Positions 53,449 through 60,112 of a stretch of DNA of 64,000 nucleotides are shown piece after piece. The translations under genes and the position numbers were made by a program. The stretch covers positions 74,944 through 138,943 of the forward strand of contig MGUG01000048.1 of assembly GCA_001799845.1 (NCBI GenBank), given 5' to 3'. A model generated the notes under the pieces. That model searched no databases. It had not been told where the DNA came from and worked only from the letters and a program-made list of their open reading frames with translations. The stretch comes from Elusimicrobia bacterium GWC2_64_44 (GTDB lineage: Bacteria > Elusimicrobiota > Elusimicrobia > Elusimicrobiales > UBA9959). Each line of letters begins with the position of its first letter. Position 1 is the first letter of the stretch.

Positions 53449-53635
53449 ACTTTTAACAACTATTTCACTTTTTCGCCGCATTTCGGCACTGTCCCATCCT
53501 GTATAATTAAAACATGCAAAAGGCAATTGCGCCTATGAAAACGGCAGCGCCGCAGTCGGGCTTGCCCGCTCTCTTTTGGGGGATAATCCTTAAAACTATC
53601 AGCAAATATCTACCCATTTAGGGGTATAATGCTTT

Positions 53636-53651
53636 TGGCAAAGTCGTTGCT
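53636..53651 (+). promoter_or_regulatory. Sigma-54 (-24/-12) promoter
   Basis: In TGGCAAAGTCGTTGCT, the GG and GC are separated by exactly 10 nt as in the consensus TGGCAC-N5-TTGCW. It lies about 60 nt upstream of the ATG at 53711, which has a GGAGG SD. Confidence 0.7.
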
Positions 53652-53710
53652 ATAGTTAAAAAACGAGGGGATAACTATTCCAGATTTGGTTCCAGACAGT
53701 CGGAGGCACT

Positions 53711-56700
53711 ATGAAAACGTTCAAAGCCCGCATAACTAAAATCCTGATGGCGCTGCTGCTGCTGCCGGCAATAGCCGCCGCGGCCCCGAGCCAGATCAAC
53801 TACCAGGGCCGCCTGGTAGACGCAACCGGCAATCCGCTGAGCGGGAGCTACACGCTGACTTTCCGGATCTACGACGCCGCCTCGGCCGGAACCACGCTCT
53901 GGACCGAACCGCAGACGCTCACCGTGGATAACGGCATCTTCAGCGCCAAACTTGGCTCTGTCGCCAACCTGCCGCCCTCCGTGTTCTCCGCTGACACCCG
54001 CTACCTCGGCGTGACCGTCGGAGCCGACGCCGAGATGACCCCGCGCGTGCAGCTGCTCTCCGTCCCCTACGCCATCTACGCCGCCAGCGCCGCCAGCGTG
54101 GGCACTCCCGGCCAGGGCGTCATTATTTCCACCTTCGTGCAGGTCAACGACTATATCAGCGCCACACGGTTCATCGGCGACGGCTCGGGCCTTACCGGCA
54201 TCAGCGCCGGCGGGAGCTCCATAGTGCTCCCCATCGTTTCCACCCACATCGCCGACGGCAGCATTGCCAACGCCGACCTTGCTGGCTCCATCGCCTACAA
54301 CAAGCTCACCCTGACCGGCGCGATACTGAACGCCGACCTGGCTGGCTCCATCGCCTACAACAAGCTTGCCCTGACCGGCGCAATACTGAACGCCGACCTG
54401 GCCGGTTCCATCGCCGACAGCAAGCTGAACACCATCACGACTGCGGGTAAAGTTGACGGCGCGGCCGTGACCGGCCTGGCCAGCCTGCCCGCCGGCGCGG
54501 GCCTTATCCCCGCCGCCAATCTGCCCGCTACCGTGTCGTACCTGGGCAGCGACATAAGCAGCGCCGAGATCGCCGACGGCACCATCGCCGACGGCGACCT
54601 GGCCGCCAGCGGTTTCAATCTTTCGAAGTTCACCGTCGGCCAGATCAATACCGACCTCGTGGCGGGCACCCTTGTGTCCACCCACATCGCCGACGGCAGC
54701 ATAGCCAACGCCGACCTCGCGGGTTCCATAGCTTATAACAAGCTGGCTCTGACCGGAGCCGTCCTCAACGCCGACCTCGCCGGCTCCATCGCCTACAACA
54801 AGCTCGCCCTGACCGGCGCGATACTGAACGCCGACCTGGCTGGCTCCATAGCCGACAGCAAACTGAGCGCCATCACTACGGCCGGCAAAGTGGACGGCTC
54901 TGCCGTGACCGGCCTGGCCAACCTGCCCGCCGGCGCGGGCCTCATCCCCGCGGCCAATCTGCCCGCCACCGTGTCGTACCTGGGCAGCGACATCAGCAGC
55001 GCGGAGATCGCCGACGGCACCATCGCCAACGGCGACCTGGCCGCTTCCGGTTTCGACCTGGCCAAGTTCACCGTGGGACAGATCAGTACCGACCTTATAC
55101 CCGCGACTATAGTGTCTACTCATATAGCGGACGGCAGCATCGCCAACGCGGACCTGGCGGGCTCTATCGCTTACAACAAGCTGGCGCTTACCGGCGCCAT
55201 CCTGGACGCCGACCTGGCGGGCTCCATCGCCTACAGCAAGCTGAGCCTGACCGGCGCCATCCTGAACGCCGACCTGGCCGGTTCTATCGCCGACAGCAAG
55301 CTGAGCGCCATCACCACGGCCGGCAAAGTGGACGGTTCTGCCGTGACCGGCCTGGCCAACCTGCCCGCCGGCGCGGGCCTCATCCCCGCCGCCAACCTGC
55401 CCGCCACTGTGTCCTACCTGGGCAGCGACATAACTAATGCCGAGGTCGCGGCGGCCGCCGGCATCGTGTATTCCAAACTCGACCTTTCCAACAGCATCGT
55501 GGCCGGCGACCTGACCGCAGGCGCTGTCACCAAGGCCAAGCTCGCCGTGGAAGGCTGCGCTGACGGCAAGATCCTCAAGCTTGCCGGCGGCGCGTGGACC
55601 TGCGACGACGACGCCGGCGCCGGCGGTTCTGTCGCCGGTACCGGTGCCGCCGGCCGCGTGGCCTTCTGGACCGGGGCCGCCGCCATCGGTTCCAACGCGA
55701 ACATTTTCTGGGACGACACTAATTCTTACCTGGGTATAAATGACACGACTCCCGGCCAGGCCCTCGACGTGACCGGCAACATCAACGTGACCGGCAACGT
55801 AGTCGCCGCCAACGTGAGCGGCAACGGCTCCGGGCTGACGGCGCTTAATGCTGCAAATCTCGGTTCTGGCACCGTGGACGATGCGCGCCTCTCCGCCAAC
55901 GTGACGCTGCTGGGTGCTACGATAGACGCGGGCGAGCTGCCTGCCGACGGTTACGCTGCGACGTACGTGAACGCGGCCGAGGGTGATTCCGTAACTACGG
56001 GCATGATCACCAACGGCACTATCCTCAACGCCGACCTGTCGGCGAGCGGCTTCGACCTGGGCAAGTTCAGTGCGGGCACGCTGGGCACCGAGTTCATCGG
56101 CGGCACCATAGTTTCTACGCACATAGCCGCTAACGCCGCTATCCCTGACACCAAGCTGGCTACGATAGCTACCGCGGGCAAGGTATCCGACACCGCGCTG
56201 TCCGCCAACGTGACGCTGCTGGGCGCGACTATCGACGCGGGCGAGCTGCCTGCCGACGGCTACGCTGCGACTTACGTGAACGCGGCCGAGGCTGATTCCG
56301 TCACCTCTGCGATGATAACGAACGGAGAGATTGTGGACGCAGATATCGCTGCCGGTGCGGCTATAGTGCTGTCTAAATTGGCGACTACCGGTTCGCTTGG
56401 AGCGGCTGTTACGCATAAGGCCGGCGCTGGGACTGGCGAGGCTGCTCCGATCGGAACTCTCAGTGTTAATACTGGTACGCAGGCTACACTTGATACCGCA
56501 GGAGAAGAAGTTCTTATGAGCTTTTCCGTCCCGGCGGATTCCTTTAACGGGAATGGTAAAGCCGTAAAAATCAAGGCGTGGGGCACGACAGCCGCTAATG
56601 CGAACAGTAAGACCATAAAGATACGCTTCGGCGGTCTTGCCGGAGACGTCGTTCTGACCACTACTACATTCGCTAATGCTCAAGCCTGGGACCTTGAAGC

Positions 56701-56896
56701 GACGGTAGTACGTACCGGTGTCGGCACGCAGGAGTCAATCGCAAGGGGCTATGTCGGCGAATTCGTAGTGCCGGTAGCTAAAAACACTCCCGCTCAGGAC
56801 GAAACTGGCGCAGTTTCAGTCGCAGTTACCGGCGATACAGCAACTGCCGCAGGAGATGTAGTGGCTGAAGGTCTTATTGTTGAGTTCGTGAACTGA
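53711..56896 (+). CDS. Secreted repeat-rich fibre/adhesin-like protein (tail-fibre-like repeats)
   Basis: 1061 aa with a signal peptide (MKTFKARITKILMALLLLPAIAAAAP). The N-terminal module is INYQGRLVDATGNPLSGSYTLTFRIYD...LWTE. It has 20-aa repeats (ADLAGSIAYNKLALTGAILN) nested in 146-aa repeats. The C-terminal domain of about 200 aa is distinct and has lower GC. Confidence 0.8.
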   Translation: MKTFKARITKILMALLLLPAIAAAAPSQINYQGRLVDATGNPLSGSYTLTFRIYDAASAGTTLWTEPQTLTVDNGIFSAKLGSVANLPPSVFSADTRYLGVTVGADAEMTPRVQLLSVPYAIYAASAASVGTPGQGVIISTFVQVNDYISATRFIGDGSGLTGISAGGSSIVLPIVSTHIADGSIANADLAGSIAYNKLTLTGAILNADLAGSIAYNKLALTGAILNADLAGSIADSKLNTITTAGKVDGAAVTGLASLPAGAGLIPAANLPATVSYLGSDISSAEIADGTIADGDLAASGFNLSKFTVGQINTDLVAGTLVSTHIADGSIANADLAGSIAYNKLALTGAVLNADLAGSIAYNKLALTGAILNADLAGSIADSKLSAITTAGKVDGSAVTGLANLPAGAGLIPAANLPATVSYLGSDISSAEIADGTIANGDLAASGFDLAKFTVGQISTDLIPATIVSTHIADGSIANADLAGSIAYNKLALTGAILDADLAGSIAYSKLSLTGAILNADLAGSIADSKLSAITTAGKVDGSAVTGLANLPAGAGLIPAANLPATVSYLGSDITNAEVAAAAGIVYSKLDLSNSIVAGDLTAGAVTKAKLAVEGCADGKILKLAGGAWTCDDDAGAGGSVAGTGAAGRVAFWTGAAAIGSNANIFWDDTNSYLGINDTTPGQALDVTGNINVTGNVVAANVSGNGSGLTALNAANLGSGTVDDARLSANVTLLGATIDAGELPADGYAATYVNAAEGDSVTTGMITNGTILNADLSASGFDLGKFSAGTLGTEFIGGTIVSTHIAANAAIPDTKLATIATAGKVSDTALSANVTLLGATIDAGELPADGYAATYVNAAEADSVTSAMITNGEIVDADIAAGAAIVLSKLATTGSLGAAVTHKAGAGTGEAAPIGTLSVNTGTQATLDTAGEEVLMSFSVPADSFNGNGKAVKIKAWGTTAANANSKTIKIRFGGLAGDVVLTTTTFANAQAWDLEATVVRTGVGTQESIARGYVGEFVVPVAKNTPAQDETGAVSVAVTGDTATAAGDVVAEGLIVEFVN
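54236..55435 (+). repeat. In-frame tandem repeat: 438-bp units (2 full plus 1 partial), each containing three 60-bp sub-repeats
   Basis: Unit starts (VSTHIADGSIANADLAGS) are at 54236, 54674 and 55112, exactly 438 nt apart. The 60-nt sub-repeats start at 54272, 54332 and 54392. A separate 309-bp repeat pair starts at 55892 and 56201 (SANVTLLGATIDAGELPADGYAATYVNAAE). Confidence 0.9.
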
Positions 56897-56997
56897 CATC
56901 AATAGCAGGGAAGCTGTTCTCGGGCCGGTAAGTATCATACGGCCCGAGTAAGGTTGGAATGGCAGAGTCACTGTAAATATCGGTCGGATGGCTTTTT

Positions 56998-58542
56998 ATG
57001 AGATATAAATACGCGGGGTTTGCGGCGGCGGCGTTGTGCTTTGGCGCGCTGTGCTCGTACGCGGCCAATAGCCAGGAGACGCGGGCCCTTACCACGGGGT
57101 TCTCCGTCTCCAATAGCGGCGGCAAGACGCTGGAGTCCACCGTCGGAGAGATCTCCGGCTCCACCATGGCCGCTTCGGGCAAGGGCCTGCGCAGCGGCCA
57201 TTCCGGCACCAGCCACAGCCCCGGCGTGGTCTACGACCTCACCGCTTCCACCAACGCCTCCGGCCAGGCCCTCTTCCAGTGGACCAGCGTTGGCGCTGAC
57301 GGCCTTTCCGGGCAGGCGGCCTACGTAGAGGTCAAGATCGCAACTTATCCCATCACCTACGCCAATTATTCCACTATTAATTCTTCCTTTACACTGGCGT
57401 CGCTGGCACCGGGCAGCGTAGAACAGGAACTTTACGGCGGGCTCACGGCCGGCAAGACCTATTACACCGCTGTGCGCGTGCGCGACGGCGCCAACATGTA
57501 CGGCCGCCTCTCGGCCAACGCCACCTTCGGCACCGCCCCCGTCAGGCCCCGCGCGCCCGTAGTGTCCGGCGTGGTGGCCGGCGGCAACTTCACCATTTCC
57601 TGGGGCGCCGTCACCTCCAACGTGGCAGGCAGCACCATCACCGTGCAGAACTACGAGGTCTACTACAGCACCGCGCTCAGCGGCGCTATCTCCGGCCCCG
57701 TTACGCTTCCCAACTCCACGCTGTCGTACAGCGTGGCCACCAGCCCGCTGCGGTGGTACTTCCTCAAGGCCCTCGACGGCGACGGCTTCCGCAGCGACGC
57801 TTCCGTCTGGCTGAACAACTCCGACGAGGTCTCCCGCACCGTGGCCGACGACTCCCGCGCCGTGGTGGACATGAGCCCCTACGTCGAGGACTTCCTCGCC
57901 ACCTCCGGCCTGCAGCCCGTCCTGCAGCATGAGCCCCAGTTCGAATCCGGCTCCACGGTGGTGTCCTACAGGTTCTACTTCCGCGACGCGGCCAACAACG
58001 AGGTAACGCAGCACCTGGCCGAGGACGTCACGCTGATCCTGCCGCTCTCCCGCACCGGAGCGTTCACCGTCAGCGCCGTCTCGCCCGCAGTGAATTACAG
58101 CGTCTACGACTACTCCGCCTACTTCTACAACGGCGTGGAGGACGTCAAGATAGGCGGCACCGTGAACCCGTCCGACGGCTCGGTGTCCATCCTGACGCGG
58201 CGGCCCGGCCTCTACAAGGTCAAGCAGGTCATCCGCGCGCAGAGCTTCAGCGTCATCCAGACCGAGCCGCGCAAGGTCTTCACGCCCAACGGCGACGGCG
58301 TCTGGGACCAGTTCAACATCGTCTACGACAACCCGGAGGGCCTGGCCATCACCGACGCCAAGGTCTACGACCTGTCAGGCGCCGAGATCGCCAGCCTGCG
58401 GTCGGGCACCTACGGCGCGCAGGCCTCGCTGGCCTGGGACGGCCGCAGGTCCAACGGCGACAAGGCCGTGTCCGGTATCTACATCTACCAGTTCAAGGCC
58501 GGCAGCAAGTTCTATAACGGCACCATGGTGGTGGCGCGGTAA
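56998..58542 (+). CDS. Secreted protein with FN3-like modules and a C-terminal FlgD-Ig-like/CHU_C-like beta-sandwich domain
   Basis: 514 aa with a signal peptide (MRYKYAGFAAAALCFGALCSYAA). FN3-like segments are present (FTISWGAVTS...YEVYYS). The C-terminus is KVFTPNGDGVWDQFNIVYD...KVYDLSGAEIASL...WDGRRSNGDKAVSGIYIYQFKAG. Confidence 0.7.
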   Translation: MRYKYAGFAAAALCFGALCSYAANSQETRALTTGFSVSNSGGKTLESTVGEISGSTMAASGKGLRSGHSGTSHSPGVVYDLTASTNASGQALFQWTSVGADGLSGQAAYVEVKIATYPITYANYSTINSSFTLASLAPGSVEQELYGGLTAGKTYYTAVRVRDGANMYGRLSANATFGTAPVRPRAPVVSGVVAGGNFTISWGAVTSNVAGSTITVQNYEVYYSTALSGAISGPVTLPNSTLSYSVATSPLRWYFLKALDGDGFRSDASVWLNNSDEVSRTVADDSRAVVDMSPYVEDFLATSGLQPVLQHEPQFESGSTVVSYRFYFRDAANNEVTQHLAEDVTLILPLSRTGAFTVSAVSPAVNYSVYDYSAYFYNGVEDVKIGGTVNPSDGSVSILTRRPGLYKVKQVIRAQSFSVIQTEPRKVFTPNGDGVWDQFNIVYDNPEGLAITDAKVYDLSGAEIASLRSGTYGAQASLAWDGRRSNGDKAVSGIYIYQFKAGSKFYNGTMVVAR

Positions 58543-58629
58543 ACTAAGGCCCGGGCGAGTTTAGCGGGCGAGGGTGGCGGCTGGCGGCGGGGGAACCCGC
58601 CGCACGGCCGTTACATTCAGGTAATATTT

Positions 58630-60081
58630 ATGAAACAGTTAAAATGTAGAATTGTAACTGTGGCGAAAGCATTTATTCTATTTTTGGCCTTTGCCACGGT
58701 CACTATGAACGCCGAAGCTTCCTTTTCTGCCGACTCAGCCTGCGGGGCGCGCGCCTCCGCGATGGCCGGCGCTTTTACCGCGGTGCCCGGCGGCGCCGAG
58801 GCCGCCTGCTCCAATCCCGCCACGCTGACCGAGCTCGGCTCGCCCGAGCTCACCGCGGTCTACGGCCGCCTCTACTCCGGCCTCTCCGACGATTCCTCTA
58901 TCGGCCAGGGCTACTTCGGCTTCGCCGCGCCGATCAAGAAATACCTGCAGGGCAACGCCGCCTTCTCCTGGAGCGACACCCGCCTGAGCGAGGCCTACTC
59001 CGAGAGCGCCTACTCCCTCAGCTACGCCACTTCCGTCTACCGCGGCATCGGCGCGGGCCTCACGCTCAAGTACCTGCGCCGCGCCTATACCTCCGACGCC
59101 TATACCGCGCTGGACCCGGTTTTCAACAGCGGCTATTCCAAAGGCGCGCTCGGCGCCGACCTGGGCTTCTTCTACCGGCCCCGGACCAACTACGCTTTCG
59201 GCCTTTCGTTCCGCAACCTCAACAAGCCCGACCTGGGCCTGGCCTCCTCCGACCCGCTGCCCCTGGAGACCCGCGCGGGCTTCTCCTACCTGACCCGCTC
59301 CACCCTGCTCGACGTGGACGCGGCGTTCGCGGGCCCCGACTACAATCTTTCCGCCGGCGTAGAGCACCTGTTCCAGCGCCGCTTCCTGCTGCGCATGGGC
59401 CTGGCCACCGGCAACGATTCCCGCCGCAGCGTGAACCTGGGCTTCGGCAGCCGCTTCGGGCTGGCCTCCTTCGACTACGCCTTCAGCCTTCCCATCAGCG
59501 GCATAGCCGGCACCATCGGTTCCCACCGCCTGGCTTTCTCTTTCAAGTTCGGCGCCGACGCGGCCCTGGCCGAAGACCTGGCCGCCGCGGCCGACCTGAA
59601 GCGGGCGCAGGAGCGCGCCGTGCTGCAGGAGGAGAAGATACGCGTGCTGCAGGAGCGGCTGGACGCCGTAGTGCGCCAGAGCGTGGGCCTCGCGCAGCAG
59701 CCCGCTGCACAGCCCGCTGCCGTTCCCGCGCAGGCGGCGCAGCCCGCGCAGCAGCCCGTGGTCATAATACAGCCTTCCCAGTCGGACGCGAAGGCGCAGG
59801 CGGAAATAAGCCGCCAGATAGAGAATTTGAAACTGGAGCTGGAGAAGTCCCGCGCCGAGATGGAGACGCTGAAGGCCAGGCCGGCCGCGGCTCAGCAGCC
59901 CAAGCCCGCCCAGCAGCCCGCGCGCCGCACCTACGTGGTTAAAGACGGCGACACGCTGGGAAGCATCGCGGCCTCCGTCTACGGCGACGCCGACCGCTGG
60001 CCGGAGATCTACCGCGCCAACAGCGCCTCGGTGGGCCGCGGGGGCGAAGTTAAACCGGGGCAGGTGCTGTCGCTGCCTTAA
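58630..60081 (+). CDS. Outer-membrane beta-barrel (PorV/FadL-like N-terminal motif) fused to coiled coil, Pro/Gln/Ala linker and C-terminal LysM
   Basis: 483 aa with a signal peptide. The motif GARASAMAGAFTAVPGGAEAACSNPATL and strand-like segments extend to about aa 305 (HRLAFSFKFG). These are followed by a coiled coil (LKRAQERAVLQEEKIRVLQERL; IENLKLELEKSRAEMETLK). The LysM is YVVKDGDTLGSIAASVYGDADRWPEIYRAN...PGQVLSLP. Confidence 0.7.
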   Translation: MKQLKCRIVTVAKAFILFLAFATVTMNAEASFSADSACGARASAMAGAFTAVPGGAEAACSNPATLTELGSPELTAVYGRLYSGLSDDSSIGQGYFGFAAPIKKYLQGNAAFSWSDTRLSEAYSESAYSLSYATSVYRGIGAGLTLKYLRRAYTSDAYTALDPVFNSGYSKGALGADLGFFYRPRTNYAFGLSFRNLNKPDLGLASSDPLPLETRAGFSYLTRSTLLDVDAAFAGPDYNLSAGVEHLFQRRFLLRMGLATGNDSRRSVNLGFGSRFGLASFDYAFSLPISGIAGTIGSHRLAFSFKFGADAALAEDLAAAADLKRAQERAVLQEEKIRVLQERLDAVVRQSVGLAQQPAAQPAAVPAQAAQPAQQPVVIIQPSQSDAKAQAEISRQIENLKLELEKSRAEMETLKARPAAAQQPKPAQQPARRTYVVKDGDTLGSIAASVYGDADRWPEIYRANSASVGRGGEVKPGQVLSLP

Positions 60082-60112
60082 CCCGGCGCGGAAGTTTTAG
60101 AGAGATACTAAT

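Noticed and set aside
53590-53612. IHF-like site (TATCAGCAAATAT) between the enhancer and the sigma-54 promoter.
   Set aside because: It has two mismatches to WATCAANNNNTTR in the most conserved positions, so it is not supportable by eye.
54236-55435. Regular tandem repeats as a possible CRISPR array or non-coding satellite.
   Set aside because: The repeats are in frame within a long ORF, contiguous with no unique spacers, and conserved at the amino-acid level. No cas genes are in the window.
53675-56683. 1002-aa minus-strand ORF antisense to the fibre gene. Similar long antisense ORFs occur at 160-1626 (+), 5682-7109 (-), 7556-8830 (-), 47095-49617 (+), 60629-62722 (-) and 33635-35272 (+).
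   Set aside because: These are Arg/Gly/Ala/Pro/Val-rich translations with no motifs. Each lies fully opposite a CDS that has clear family signatures or a clean repeat structure. Stop-codon-poor antisense frames are expected in DNA of this GC content.
56960-56975. Second sigma-54-like element TGGCAGAGTCACTGTA upstream of the 56998 gene.
   Set aside because: The GG is present but the -12 position reads GT, not GC, and the TTGC block is CTGT. This is too weak to call, so the gene is more likely co-transcribed with the fibre gene.
56998-60081. Calling a bona fide type IX secretion system.
   Set aside because: Only a CTD-like domain and a PorV/FadL-like barrel motif are visible. No core T9SS components are in the window, and both domains also occur outside T9SS contexts.
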